Origin: an uncultured Acidobacteriota bacterium
Lineage (GTDB): Bacteria; Acidobacteriota; UBA6911
DNA length: 64,000 nt
Direction of reading: 5' to 3'
Assembly: GCA_963843575.1 (NCBI GenBank)
Contig: CAWJKZ010000010.1
Location: forward strand, 384,001-448,000
Below the pieces are notes generated by a model. The model was not told where the DNA came from, did not search any database, and saw nothing but the letters and a program-made list of their open reading frames with translations. The position numbers and the translations under genes were made by a program. How positions within the stretch are numbered: position 1 is the stretch's first letter; each line of letters opens with the position of its first letter. Of this stretch, positions 50,530 to 61,925 are shown in pieces.

Positions 50530-51342
50530 CTAGGGAGAGGCCGGGAAGCCGAGGCGGCCGAGTCCGGGCAGCCGCAGCGCGGGCGGGTTCAGGTCGATCC
50601 CGGCGCCGAGCCCTATCACGTCGAGCTCGAGGCCTTCGTCCAGCCCGAACGCGATGCCGGCCAACCCGCCGAGTGTAAGCTGCCAGCCCGTGCCGCTCGG
50701 GGTGCGGCTGAAGGCACCGTCGGCCGGGTAGTTCTTGCCGATGGCGGTGGCCGGCAGGTCCAGCCGCAGCTCGGGCACGCGCCGCGCCACGTGAGCGGTG
50801 AAGGTGTTGCTGTTCGGCCCGGGCCAGGCCACGTAGGTTTTTGGGTAGGGATAGTCGGCGGCGGCCGCGTAAATGCGGGGGATGGCCGCTTCAGCAGCTG
50901 CACCGCGCAGCTCGGCCAGGATCGTCGGCTCGTTGCCATACCAGCGGGTATCGGGTACGCCGGCCCCGGTCCGTACCGCCGGGAGACCGCGGTTTACACC
51001 CCAGCCGATCACCTCGAGACGCTCCCAGGATGTCGCCCCTGCCCTCTTCAGCGCAATCCACGTGTGCAGGGCGAAGATGCCGCGCCAGCTGTGGGTGCGA
51101 GCGGCATAGACCTGCACCAGGGCCTCCCGAGTCCGGGACGGATCAGGGGCCAAGCCTGTGGAGGAGCGGTCCGCCATCGACCAGTGTTCGTGCCGCCGGC
51201 CGTTGACGAAGTATGCGCCCGCACTGACGAGCACGGGCACGCAGTAAAGCAGGAACAACCCCGCAAGCAGGCGGTTTTGCAGCCGCCGACGTGGGCGCGC
51301 AGCGGGCGGGTTCGCCCGGGGGATCGCAGACGCTGTTGCCAA
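50530..51342 (-). CDS. DUF3750-like protein
   Basis: [23 protein letters not shown]...[10 protein letters not shown] and LPATAIGK. Confidence 0.75.
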   Translation of the reverse strand: MATASAIPRANPPAARPRRRLQNRLLAGLFLLYCVPVLVSAGAYFVNGRRHEHWSMADRSSTGLAPDPSRTREALVQVYAARTHSWRGIFALHTWIALKRAGATSWERLEVIGWGVNRGLPAVRTGAGVPDTRWYGNEPTILAELRGAAAEAAIPRIYAAAADYPYPKTYVAWPGPNSNTFTAHVARRVPELRLDLPATAIGKNYPADGAFSRTPSGTGWQLTLGGLAGIAFGLDEGLELDVIGLGAGIDLNPPALRLPGLGRLGFPASP

Positions 51343-51499
51343 GGGTCACTCCCGCGACAAAGACCAAAGAGCCGAGGATTCGGCCAGAGGTCGGCGCCTC
51401 GCCGCCTCCACATTCTCTGGACAGGCAGAAATGATAGAATGTTTAGTTTGGAATCACAGAACTCAAGAATCAAGACCTGACCCCGCAGGAAGGACGATC

Positions 51500-52526
51500 A
51501 TGAAGGCACTGGTGAAGAAGGAAGCGAGACCGGGACTCTGGCTGGACGAGGTGCCTGAGCCCGAGATCGGGATCAACGACGTTCTGATCCGGGTGGCGAA
51601 AACAGGGATCTGCGGCACGGACCTTCACATCTACAAGTGGGACGAGTGGGCGCAGAAGACCATCCCGGTCCCGATGGTGGTGGGCCACGAGTTCGTGGGG
51701 ACGATCGTGAAGGTCGGATCCAACGTCTCGGATTTCCACCCGGGCGACATCGTCAGCGGAGAGGGGCACGTCGTGTGCGGCCGCTGCCGGAACTGCCTGG
51801 CCGGCCGCCGCCACCTGTGCGCCAAGACGCAGGGGATCGGCGTGAACCGCCCCGGGGCCTTCGCCGAGTACATCGCGCTCCCGATGACCAACATCTGGCG
51901 CCACCACCCGTCCATCGACCTCGACGTCGCTTCGATCTTCGACCCGTTCGGCAACGCGGTCCACACCGCCCTATCCTTCCCGGTCCTCGGCGAGGACGTC
52001 TTGATCACCGGGGCGGGGCCGATTGGCATCATGGCCGCCGCCGTCGTGAGGCACTCCGGCGCGCGGTTCGTGGTCATCACGGACGTCAATCCGTGGCGGC
52101 TCAAGCTGGCCGAGAAGCTGGGGGTCACGATGGCGGTCGACTCCCGCACGAAACGGCTCGCCGAGGTGCAGAAAGAGCTCGGCATGCAGGAGGGGTTCGA
52201 CGTTGGGCTCGAGATGTCCGGAAACGAGTCCGCCTTCCAGGAGATGCTCGCCAACATGAGCCACGGCGCCCGGATCGCCATGCTGGGCATCCCGTCCAAG
52301 CCGATCTCCATCGACTGGAACGAGGTGATTTTCAACATGCTCACCATCAAGGGAATCTACGGGCGCGAGATGTACGAGACCTGGTACAAGATGACCGTGA
52401 TGATCCAGTCCGGCTTGGACATCCGCCCGGTGATCACACACCGCCTCGCCCACACGCGAGTTCGAAGAGGGCCTGCAGGCCATGGCCACCGGCGAAGCCG
52501 GCAAGGTGGTCCTCGATTGGCGGTAG
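51500..52526 (+). CDS. tdh: L-threonine 3-dehydrogenase with a one-base frameshift near 52455
   Basis: [33 protein letters not shown]; terminal [21 protein letters not shown] lies in another frame. Confidence 0.92.
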
Positions 52527-52539
52527 CGCCCGGAAGTCT

Positions 52540-52905
52540 TCAGTCGCGGATCACGACGTGGGCCGCAAACGAAACCAGGCTGATGACGATGCCGCCCAGC
52601 AGGGCCGCCCAGAAGCTGTCCACGTCGAAGGCGATCCCGAGCGAGCGGCCCGCCAGCGCCGTGACGCGCAGCAGGAGCGCGTTGATCACCAGGAGAAAGA
52701 ACCCCAGGGTGAGCAGCACGAGAGGGCACGTCAGGAAAGTGAGCAGCGGCTTGAGCACTGCGTTGATCAGGCCAAAAATCAAGGCAAGCGCCAGGAAACC
52801 CAATACGCCGCCGCGATAGTGCAGACCGGGGACGAGGTAAATCGCCGCCAGCAGCCCCGTTGCGCTGACAAGCCACCGCGATAAGAATGAGTTCCTTGCC
52901 CGCAT
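52540..52905 (-). CDS. Phage-holin-family (YvlD-like) 4-TM membrane protein
   Basis: [27 protein letters not shown] and FWAALLG. Confidence 0.85.
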   Translation of the reverse strand: MRARNSFLSRWLVSATGLLAAIYLVPGLHYRGGVLGFLALALIFGLINAVLKPLLTFLTCPLVLLTLGFFLLVINALLLRVTALAGRSLGIAFDVDSFWAALLGGIVISLVSFAAHVVIRD

Positions 52906-53049
52906 CGCCGATCCCCTTCTCCTGCGCCTGATTATAAACCATCCGCGACGACGCTGAACCTTGAACACTCCAAACGCGTCTTATACACTCAGGTTGCGCC
53001 GCTTTGAACAAACAACCGCCAATGCGCACGCTTCGAAAAGGCTGATTTG

Positions 53050-56000
53050 ATGCGACACCTATCGGTCCGGGCAGCAGTGTTCATCCTGGGTCTGCTCTTG
53101 CCTCAACTGTGTGTTTCCAAAAACAACCACCCGAAAAAAACCAACGACGTCTTCATCTGCGGGACGAGCGCCGAGCGTGAGATAAACGCCCTGATCTCCG
53201 GCAGGTACCAGGAGGACTCCCAGCGCCGACAGAGACTGGCGCGCGGTCGCGTGCCGCTCGCGGCGGAAGCGGCGGCCGCCGCATTCGACAGCGGAGACGT
53301 TGCCGTCATCGAGGACGACGGCACCATTATCCGGCAGCCCAACCCGTTCGACCTCAGCGGCAGGTCGTTCCGCTTCGAGCCCGCTTCGGCGAACTCGTAC
53401 CGCGTCGTGGCGACTTCGACGGGTTTCAACGCCGCCGGCGGCACGACGCTCCGGCTCGCGGACGACGATACGGTCGCCCGCAATCTCGGGTTCGACTTTA
53501 CCTTTTACGGGAAGAGTTACACAACCATCCAACTCAACTCGGATGGGAACTTGACCTTCGGCCAGGGGGACGTGTCCACGTCGGATCGGGACCTCGGCAG
53601 GTTCGTCTCCGGCCCGCCGCGCATCGGGCCGTTTTTCGCGGATCTGGACCCTTCGAGAGGGGCGATTCTCGTCCGCGACGAGTCGGACGGGGTCGTCTTC
53701 GTGTGGAGCTCCGTGCCGCAGTTCAGCGAGTCCGGATCCAACCAGTACAACAACTTCAGCGCCAAGCTCTACCGGAACGGCAATATCGAATTCGTTTACG
53801 GCACCCAGGTCGACAGCACCGAATCGATCGTCGGGATCTCGCCGGGCGGGAATCAGGACGGCATCCAGGCCATCAGCTACGGCTCCGACCTTCCCACCGC
53901 CGCGCTCGCCGGCTCCATCGCCGAGTCCTTCGCCACCCAGATGGTGCTCTCGGAAACAGCCGCCGCGAAGAAGTTCTTCCAGACCCACCCCGACTCGTTC
54001 GACCACCTGAACCTGTTCCTCGCGTTCGACTACGACCTGGGAGGCAACGCCTATGCCTACGAACTCAACGTGAAAAACGAGATCGAAGGGATCGGGCTCG
54101 GGACGGCCGATCACAGCACGGAGTACGGAAGCAATCACCGGCTGCGCAGCTTCCTGAACATGGGGACGCTGACGGGGCCCTTCCGTTACCCGAGCGACCC
54201 TAACCAAGTCTTTCTCGGGACGAACAGCACCCTCGGGCTGATGGGACAGGAGTCGGGCCACAGGTGGCTGGCCTTCACCCCGTTTCGCGACCAGGACACG
54301 GGCCAGAGTTCGACGTCCATCCTCGGCCGCGACCTGGCGCACTGGAGCTTCTTCATGGACTCGGACGGCTCCGTGATGGAGGGGAACGACATCGAGGATC
54401 GGGGAGCCGGCCAGGGATCGGCCCGTTTCCGGACCGTCGGCGCAACCGACACGTACAGCCTGCTGGACCAGTACATCATGGGGTTGAGGGGGAAGGAGGA
54501 CGTCCCCTCCATGTTTTTCGTCCAGGACCCAACCGGAACCAGCAAGCAGGCAGCCAGCAACCCGTCGATCGGGGTGACGTTCGGGGGCACTCGCCGGGAT
54601 TTCACGGTCGATCAGATCATTTCCGCGAACGGGACGCGCGTCCCGTCCGTTTTCCAGGCGCCGAAGGTTTTCAGGCAGGGCTTTGTCCTGCTGACCCAGC
54701 GCGGACAGACCGCGACACAGGAGCAGATTCAGAAGGTGCAGCGGATCCGGGACGCGTGGGTCTCGTTCTTCAACCGGGAGACACAGGGACACGGTTGGAT
54801 TTTGACCGACCTCCAGGACACACCCGGGACGACGCCCGCCCGCCTGCTGTTTCCCTATTTTCACGGCAATGCCCAGCGCTTCACCGGCATCGCCCTGGCA
54901 AACTGGGGCTCGACCCCGGCCGACGTGACGCTCCAGGCCTACGACAACAACGGGAGCCCGATCGCCAGCCCCTCGAATATCATCAACCCGCGGGTCCTCA
55001 CGATCTCTCCCGGCGCGCAGACCGCCATGCTGGCCGAGCAGATCCTCGGTCTCTCCCTCAGCGACCCGAGGGACGGCTGGATCGCAGCCGACTCCACCAG
55101 CAGCCAGGTCACCGGTTTCTTCCTCGACCAGGACGTCGACCTGAAACTCATGGACGGGGCCGTGGCCGCTGGCGCCACCGCGACGAACCTGATCTTCGAT
55201 CGGGCACAACAGGGACCGGGCATATTCGGGAACCAGGCTCTGCGCAACCTCATCAACGTGGTCAATCCCAACCCGGGCGAAGTGCAGCTGACCTTCAAGC
55301 TGGTCAACGACCGGGGGAGCGACGACGCCAGCGCTTCGGCCACCCTGGGCGGAAACGCCCGGCTGTCGCAGGACTTAACCGCGCTGTTCCCGGGCAGCGG
55401 CGCACGCCAGTCCGGGTACGTCCGGTTGACCAGCAGCGGCGGCGTGGTGGGGTACCAGTCCGTGGAGACCGGGGCCGATTTGTTCGCGCTCCCCGCCCAG
55501 GCGCCGTCGGGCGCGACCCGGCTCTACTCCGCGCAGTTTGCCTCCGGCGGCGTGAGGGGGGTCCAGTACTTCACCGACCTCAACTTCATCAACACCTCCG
55601 CCCAAAGCAGGAGCGTTCAGGTTCTGCTGGTAGGCAACAACGGCGTCCCGGTCGCGGGAATAACGAACCCGGCGACGATCCAGCTCGGTCCGGGCCAGCA
55701 GTCCCGCAGCAGGGGAGACGCCGTCTTCGGACTCCCCGACCCTGCCGTGTCGCCCACCGTCGTCGAGGGATCGCTCGTGGTCACCGCCGATGGCCCCGGG
55801 ATCGTCGGTGATGTCGTATTCGGGGACGCCCTGAACCAGAAGTTCATCGCGAGCCTGCCCCTGGATTCCAGCCCCGCCTCGAACATGGTCCTGTCGCAGG
55901 TGGCCCAGGGGAGCCCTAATGCGGGCAAGCCTTATTTCACGGGGGTGGCGCTCTACAATCCAAACAGCACGGCGGTGCAGGTAACGCTGGACGTCTACTC

Positions 56001-56217
56001 CGAGCAGGGCACAAAGACCGGCTCGGGTATAGTCTCGCTTGGCGCGGGGAACCGCACCTCGCGCACGCTCCCGGAACTGGTGCCTGCCATTTCCAATCAG
56101 GTGCGCGGCTTCATCCGGCTGACGTCGAGCGGCGGCCCGGTGGTCGCGTTCGAACTGTTCGGCGATCAGGCGCAGGACTTCCTCGCAGCCGTGCCGCCCC
56201 AGCCCATCCAGCCGTAA
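53050..56217 (+). CDS. Large secreted protein: nidogen-like domain, metallopeptidase-like QESGH motif, C-terminal beta-rich repeats
   Basis: Signal peptide; FDFTFYG..Y..NSDGNLTF...PFFADLDP; MGQESGHRW...HWSF; YSLLDQYIMG. Confidence 0.7.
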   Translation: MRHLSVRAAVFILGLLLPQLCVSKNNHPKKTNDVFICGTSAEREINALISGRYQEDSQRRQRLARGRVPLAAEAAAAAFDSGDVAVIEDDGTIIRQPNPFDLSGRSFRFEPASANSYRVVATSTGFNAAGGTTLRLADDDTVARNLGFDFTFYGKSYTTIQLNSDGNLTFGQGDVSTSDRDLGRFVSGPPRIGPFFADLDPSRGAILVRDESDGVVFVWSSVPQFSESGSNQYNNFSAKLYRNGNIEFVYGTQVDSTESIVGISPGGNQDGIQAISYGSDLPTAALAGSIAESFATQMVLSETAAAKKFFQTHPDSFDHLNLFLAFDYDLGGNAYAYELNVKNEIEGIGLGTADHSTEYGSNHRLRSFLNMGTLTGPFRYPSDPNQVFLGTNSTLGLMGQESGHRWLAFTPFRDQDTGQSSTSILGRDLAHWSFFMDSDGSVMEGNDIEDRGAGQGSARFRTVGATDTYSLLDQYIMGLRGKEDVPSMFFVQDPTGTSKQAASNPSIGVTFGGTRRDFTVDQIISANGTRVPSVFQAPKVFRQGFVLLTQRGQTATQEQIQKVQRIRDAWVSFFNRETQGHGWILTDLQDTPGTTPARLLFPYFHGNAQRFTGIALANWGSTPADVTLQAYDNNGSPIASPSNIINPRVLTISPGAQTAMLAEQILGLSLSDPRDGWIAADSTSSQVTGFFLDQDVDLKLMDGAVAAGATATNLIFDRAQQGPGIFGNQALRNLINVVNPNPGEVQLTFKLVNDRGSDDASASATLGGNARLSQDLTALFPGSGARQSGYVRLTSSGGVVGYQSVETGADLFALPAQAPSGATRLYSAQFASGGVRGVQYFTDLNFINTSAQSRSVQVLLVGNNGVPVAGITNPATIQLGPGQQSRSRGDAVFGLPDPAVSPTVVEGSLVVTADGPGIVGDVVFGDALNQKFIASLPLDSSPASNMVLSQVAQGSPNAGKPYFTGVALYNPNSTAVQVTLDVYSEQGTKTGSGIVSLGAGNRTSRTLPELVPAISNQVRGFIRLTSSGGPVVAFELFGDQAQDFLAAVPPQPIQP

Positions 56218-56220
56218 AGT

Positions 56221-56253
56221 GGGCCGCGTCGGCTCGACGCGGCCCCCGTTTCC
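56221..56253 (+). terminator. Probable terminator hairpin
   Basis: gggccgcgtcg-gct-cgacgcggccc followed by a pyrimidine-rich run. Confidence 0.55.
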
Positions 56254-56340
56254 TTCACCTCCCTCGGGCGGGGTCGGGCCGACCCCCGCCCACCACAAAG
56301 CTTCTGCCGCTGTCTTCCGCGGTGGCTCTATAATGCGGTA

Positions 56341-58589
56341 ATGCGGACAAAAGCGAACCTCTGCGCCCTTGTCGTGGTGTGCGTCCTCTGGCTGCCCCCG
56401 GCGCTCCAAGCCCAGGAGGAAGGCCGCGTCACCCTCGCCTTGAACGGCACGTGGGAGTTCGACCAGACCCGGGACGCGTTTCCGCCCCGGCAATTCACCC
56501 GCCGGATCACGGTTCCGGGACTGATCCACATGGCCGAGCCGAAGGTGGACCAATACGACATCTTTTTCGCCAAACCGGAGAAGGTGGAGAGCGTCGGCGA
56601 GCATGACCTCTCGAAACTGCACTACGAACCGCGGTACAGCTGGTACCGGCGGACCGTCATGCTCCCGGAGCAGCTTCGGGATCGGCATGCCGTGATCAGC
56701 CTGCTCAAGAGCCAGTACGTGACCCAGGTCTACGTCAATCGCATGGACGTCGGTTCGTCGATGGCGTGCTACACGCCGGTCGAATTCCCCGTGAGCCACG
56801 TCCTCAAATTCGGACAGGAGAACGAAATCCTCATCCGGGTCGGCGACCGCGCCTGGCTGCCCAGCCAGGCGGCCGGCAGCACGGACAAGGAGAAGGTGAA
56901 TTACCTTCCCGGCATCTGGGACGACGTCTCCCTCTCGTTCACAGGCACGTTTCGGGTTCACCGAGTTCTGATGCTCCCCTCTCTTCGAGACAAAAAGGTG
57001 ACGGCCAAACTCCTGATCCGGAGTTTTCTCCCGGCGCAGACCCTCTACGGCGCCGCCACGAACGATTCGTGCGACGTCACAGTCGATATCCGCGAGAAGC
57101 GCGGGGGAGGCGTGATCGCTTCCGGGACGCGCAGGGAGGTCGCGGTCAAACGCGACAACCTCACGGAGGTCGCCCTGGACATCCCGATGCCGGACGCCCG
57201 TCTCTGGACCCCCGACGATCCGTTTCTCTACACCGCGGAGATCGGCCTGAGCGGATCCGGCCGGAAAAGCGACGTCAGACGCGTCCACTTCGGGATGCGG
57301 GAATTCGGGCGCCAGGGAAAACACTTCACCCTGAACGGGCAGAAGATCATTCTGCGCGGCACCAACATCACCCTGCACCGCTTCTTCGAAGACCCGGAGT
57401 GCGAGGGACTGCCCTGGGACCGCGCCTGGGTCAAGAGGCTCATGGCCGACATCCCAAAACAACTCCACTGGAACGCCATGCGCGTCTGCGTCGGGATCGC
57501 CCCGGATTTCTGGTACGACATCGCCGACGAGTCCGGACTCCTGCTCCAGAACGAATGGCTCTATTGGCAGAATCACGGCTGGGACGACCAGATCCGCGCC
57601 GAGTACACCGACTGGGTCTGGAACGACGGCAATCACCCGAGCATCGCCATCTGGGACGCGATAAACGAAAACTGGGACCCGTTCATCGGCAACGTGCTGA
57701 TCCCGGACCTCAAGAAACTCGACCCCACGCGCATATGGGACGCCGGGTATATGACCTCGGACCATATGCAGCTCGACGAGATGGACGAGCCCCACCCCTA
57801 CATGGCCGCGGGTTGGGGCATGACGCTCGAACAATATGCCAAAGACCAGCAGGAAAGACCTTACCCGCTGGGCGACCTCGACGCGTGGCCGGACCAGTGG
57901 CGGAAAACCATCCAAAGCAGCGCAGCCCAGCTCGTCAACGAGTACGGCTGGATCTGGCTGTGGCGCGACGGTCGCCCGCCAAACTCACCGTGAACCAGTT
58001 CGACTATTTCGCCGGGAGGAACGCCACGCCCGCAGAGCGTCGGGAAATGCAGGCCTACTGGCTCCAGCTCGAGACGGAGTGGCTGAGGTCGGAACGGGCG
58101 CTGGCCGGAGTGCTGAGTTTCTGCTACCTGACCAACAATTACGGCTTCACCGGTGACTGGTTCGTCGGTCCCATCAAGGACCTCGCGCCGGGGCCGACCC
58201 TCGACTGGTTCCGCCACTGCTTCGCCCCCGTGGCCGTTTTTGTGAACCTGGCCGACGAGCGGTATGTGAAATCCCGGCCCCCGCACGCGCCCGGCTCAGT
58301 CCTGCTGTTCAACCTGGTCGGCGTTAACGATTTTCCACAGATGACGAGCGGGAAGGTAAGGGTGAGATTGCTGGATGCTTCAGCCAAGTCCGTAGCGGAA
58401 CAGACGGTGGACGCCTCCGTGCCTGGATACGGCAAATCCTACATCCCGGTGAGCCTGACCCTCCCCAAACAACCCGGCGGCTATCTCCTCCTGGCCGAGT
58501 TCACCCCATCCGGCGCAGCCGCCACCCAAAGCCGCCGCTACATACGAGTGGGGACGGACCAGGATAAACTTTTTAAATTCAGTAGGTAA
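56341..58589 (+). CDS. Glycoside hydrolase family 2 protein with a one-base frameshift near 57975
   Basis: LNGTWEF, GIWDDV, LWTPDDPFLY, FGMREF, NHPSIAIWDAINE and VNEYG; continues in a second frame to 58589. Confidence 0.85.
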
Positions 58590-58607
58590 TCGCGAAAACA
58601 CAGGAGG

Positions 58608-58827
58608 AAAAGGTCCTTATTTGCGTTTTTTGCCGGCATTTTCTGCAAATAAGCCGTCTGCCGTGGGACTGCGCAGTGCCCATCAGACCCGTGACCGGGT
58701 TGAAGTGCCGATGCAGCCTTGCCCGCGGTAGCAGGCCAGCCGCCGGCTCCGGTAGATCATCGGCCCTCACATGGGCATCGCTTATTTCAAGAAAAGAGGT
58801 GCAAAAAACGCAAATAAGGGCCTCTTT
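58608..58827. repeat. Element of about 220 bp with long AT-rich terminal inverted repeats (MITE-like)
   Basis: Perfect 19-bp IR ccttatttgcgttttttgc (58615-58633) / gcaaaaaacgcaaataagg (58801-58819), extending imperfectly to about 45 bp. Confidence 0.65.
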
Positions 58828-58887
58828 GGGGCTAGTTTTTTTGGTAACTCTTTGATTCTAGGCCGGTTGTCCTGGTCCGTCCCCGAC

Positions 58888-58914
58888 TGTAATAATTTGG
58901 TGGGGGGTGCGTTA
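58888..58914 (+). promoter_or_regulatory. Possible autoregulated ECF promoter TGTAAT-N16-CGTTA
   Basis: ECF-like -35/-10 spacing directly upstream of the ECF sigma gene. Confidence 0.4.
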
Positions 58915-58935
58915 TGGATGGTGAGGCGACCGGAT

Positions 58936-59439
58936 ATGGGAACAGCCAGCCAGCTTGAGATTATGAGCTCGTCAACGGAGTTCGCCGAACTGTACGAACG
59001 CCACTACGGCATCGTGTATCGCGCCGCCCTTCGCATCACGGGCAATCCCGCCGATGCGGAGGACGTCTTGCAGACGGTGTTTCTGCGCTTTCTGAACCAG
59101 GGGAGCCGTCTGCATTCGGCCGAGGTGTCCCAGGCGTACTTCAGGCGCGCGAGCGCCAACGCCGCCGTGGACTTGCTTCGGCGCAGGGTTTCGCATGCCG
59201 AATCCCCGTTCGACGACGCGGTCCCGCACGGTGGCACGGAAAACCAGGCGCTCCTGAAGGAGAGGCTGAGACGAGCGATTGCGACCCTCGAGCAGAGCGA
59301 CGCGGTCCTGTTTCTTTTGCGCTACGTCGAGGGGCTCTCCAACGGGGAGCTCGCCGCGCTGTTCGGGCTGGAGAAGAACAATGTGGCGGTTCGGCTGCAC
59401 CGCATCCGGCAGGCGCTTCAGGCGGAAATGGAGCGTTAG
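58936..59439 (+). CDS. ECF RNA polymerase sigma factor
   Basis: DAEDVLQTVFL (region 2) and LRYVEGLS..E.A...VAVRLHR (region 4); start uncertain. Confidence 0.9.
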   Translation: MGTASQLEIMSSSTEFAELYERHYGIVYRAALRITGNPADAEDVLQTVFLRFLNQGSRLHSAEVSQAYFRRASANAAVDLLRRRVSHAESPFDDAVPHGGTENQALLKERLRRAIATLEQSDAVLFLLRYVEGLSNGELAALFGLEKNNVAVRLHRIRQALQAEMER

Positions 59440-59453
59440 ACAGGAGGTCGGCG

Positions 59454-61925
59454 ATGTCCGAAGATCGTTTGGAAAAGGCTTTGGAGGGAATGCGGGACGA
59501 AAACGTCACCCCCGAGCAACTGGCCGGGGCGAGAACCCGAGTCTGGGAGAAGCTGGGGAGCCCGAGCCTGAGCGTTTGCGCGGAGTTTGAGCCCGGTTTC
59601 GGCGCATACCTGGAGGGACGGCTCAACGAAAACCGCCGTCTCCTGACGGAAGACCACCTCAGCCGCTGCACGCATTGCCGGGCGCAGCTTGCCGCGCTGC
59701 GGGGCGAGCAGAAGGCGATCCCGCTGCCGCCGCACAAGATTTCCCGTTGGTTCCGGGCTGCTGCCTGGGCTGGGGCTGCCGCGATGATCATGGTGGCGCT
59801 CTACCTGGGCCGCGACCGCATCGACTCGCTGCTGGCGCCGAGCGGCCCGCGTGCCACGGTCGCTTCGGTAAGCGGGGCGCTGTACCGCGTGCCGACGGGC
59901 GCGCTGCTCCCCGGCTCCGCCATCGCGGACGGCGAGACCGTGCGCACCGGGCCCGGTGCCCGCGCGGTGTTGCGGCTGGCCGACGGCTCGCTCGTGGACG
60001 TCAACGAACGCACCGAACTGTTTGTGCGCGCCGCGTGGAGCGGCCAGTCTGTCCACCTCCAACGTGGCGACGTGATCGTCCAGGCGGCCAAGCAACGGCG
60101 CGGCCACCTGCGGGTCCAAACCCGGGATTCGCTGGCGTCGGTCAAGGGAACGGTGTTTGCCGTTTCCGCGGGGCTCGGCGGCACGGTCGTCTCGGTGGTC
60201 GAAGGCTCGGTATCGGTGACACAACCCAGCGGTGAGGTCGTGCTGCGCCCGGGCGAGCAGGCCGCCTCAAACCCGGCCCTGGCACTCTCCGTGCAGGATG
60301 CGGTCTCGTGGAGCCCGGACGCGGAAAACTACGCGGCACTGCTCGCCTCCTTCGCCAAGATCGAGAAGGAGATCGCCGGGCTGCCCGCCCCGGCGCCGCG
60401 CACCGGGAGCCACCTGGTGCAGTTCCTGCCGTCAAACACGGTGCTCTACGGCGCGGTCCCCAACCCGGGCGGCACCATCGCCCAGGCGGTGGTGCTGGCC
60501 GAGCAGCAGTCGGCCGAAAACCCGGTCTTCCGCGACTGGTGGAATTCGGGCACCGGCCAAGAACTGAAGCGGCTGATCGACCGGATCCAGACGGTGACGC
60601 CACTGCTCGGCGACGAGATCGTCTTCGGCTTCGTGGCGGGTGCCTCAGGGGCGAACGACCAGATCCCAATGGTGATGGCCGAGCTGCAGCCGGGGAAAGC
60701 GACCGAGCTGGCGGCCGCCCTGGACGCGTTGCGCAATGAAGCAGGCGGGATTCCTTTGCCGTATACTCTCGCCGACAACCTGATGGTGGCTTCCGATTCG
60801 CAACCGCACCTGCAGTGGGTGGTAGAGCACCTCGGAGAGGGGGCATCTACGCCGTTTGCGGAGGCGATCGCCGCGCGTTACTCGCGCGGGGCCGGCTGGC
60901 TGCTGGGTATGGACATAGGGCCGGCACTCCCGGCGGCCCCCGGCGTCGCCGAGGCAGAGCTGACGGGTGCACGGCAGATGAGGCATCTTTTCGTGGAGCA
61001 GCGCAACGTGCGGGGCGCGGAGGAAAATGAAGTGACCCTTACGTTCAACGGTCCGCGCATGGGCATGGCCTCGTGGCTGGCCAGCGCCGGTTCGGGCGGA
61101 GCGGCCGAGTATATTTCCGCCGACGCCGTCTGCGCCCTTTACGCCTCCACGCGGGAACCGAAACAGCTTTTCGACGAGCTCACGGCGCAGTTCGCGAGCT
61201 CGGGCTCATCCGACGCGGAGGGCTTCGCCGCGGTAGAGTCAAAGCTCGGGCCCGGTTTCGCCGGCGCCCTGGCCGCCTCCTTCGGGACCGAGTCGGCATT
61301 CGCACTGGAAGGATTCGCGGTGACCGGGCCCGTGTGGGTCCTGGCCGCGCTCGTCAACGATCCGGCGACGGTCGACGGCTCGGTCCAAAGGCTGGTGGAG
61401 GTGTTCAACGCGGAGCTGGCCCCGGAGAATCGGGCCAGGCAGATCGTGCTCACGCAGGAAACCGTCGACGGGCGCCGCTGGACGACCATGAAGACTGGCC
61501 TGTCCCCGCTTTCGGCCACCTGGACGTATGACGGGGGTTACCTTGTAGCCGCGTCCGACCGCGCCGCGGCGCAGCGCGCCATCGCGACCCGCAACGGCGG
61601 CTCGCCGCTGGTCTGGTCGGCTGCCTTCCAGCAGCAGTTGCCGTCGTCCGCCGCGCTGCACCCGTCGGCGTTCGCTTGGCTGAACACGAAGGGCGTCTTC
61701 CAGGATTTCGCCGCGCTGGTGTCGAACCCGACCCTCCAGCGGCTGCTGGCGGAGCGGGATCCGATCCTGGTGGCCTTCAACGGTACGACGGAACAAATCC
61801 ACGCCGCCAGCCGTACTCGGATATCGGGGCTGATCGTCGACGCAATGCTGCTGGAGGGCCTCGGCCGGGGTGGCACCGCGTCGCCGGCCGCGATCCTCCA
61901 GGGTGCTCGCCCAGGGACACGCTGA
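59454..61925 (+). CDS. Anti-sigma factor: zinc finger (HxxxCxxC), TM, FecR domain, long C-terminal domain
   Basis: EDHLSRCTHC; LADGS, VKGTVFAV and VSVVEGSV. Confidence 0.82.
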   Translation: MSEDRLEKALEGMRDENVTPEQLAGARTRVWEKLGSPSLSVCAEFEPGFGAYLEGRLNENRRLLTEDHLSRCTHCRAQLAALRGEQKAIPLPPHKISRWFRAAAWAGAAAMIMVALYLGRDRIDSLLAPSGPRATVASVSGALYRVPTGALLPGSAIADGETVRTGPGARAVLRLADGSLVDVNERTELFVRAAWSGQSVHLQRGDVIVQAAKQRRGHLRVQTRDSLASVKGTVFAVSAGLGGTVVSVVEGSVSVTQPSGEVVLRPGEQAASNPALALSVQDAVSWSPDAENYAALLASFAKIEKEIAGLPAPAPRTGSHLVQFLPSNTVLYGAVPNPGGTIAQAVVLAEQQSAENPVFRDWWNSGTGQELKRLIDRIQTVTPLLGDEIVFGFVAGASGANDQIPMVMAELQPGKATELAAALDALRNEAGGIPLPYTLADNLMVASDSQPHLQWVVEHLGEGASTPFAEAIAARYSRGAGWLLGMDIGPALPAAPGVAEAELTGARQMRHLFVEQRNVRGAEENEVTLTFNGPRMGMASWLASAGSGGAAEYISADAVCALYASTREPKQLFDELTAQFASSGSSDAEGFAAVESKLGPGFAGALAASFGTESAFALEGFAVTGPVWVLAALVNDPATVDGSVQRLVEVFNAELAPENRARQIVLTQETVDGRRWTTMKTGLSPLSATWTYDGGYLVAASDRAAAQRAIATRNGGSPLVWSAAFQQQLPSSAALHPSAFAWLNTKGVFQDFAALVSNPTLQRLLAERDPILVAFNGTTEQIHAASRTRISGLIVDAMLLEGLGRGGTASPAAILQGARPGTR

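Noticed and set aside
52540-52905. Prophage suggested by the holin-family gene
   Set aside because: This 4-TM family is common in chromosomes; no other phage genes nearby
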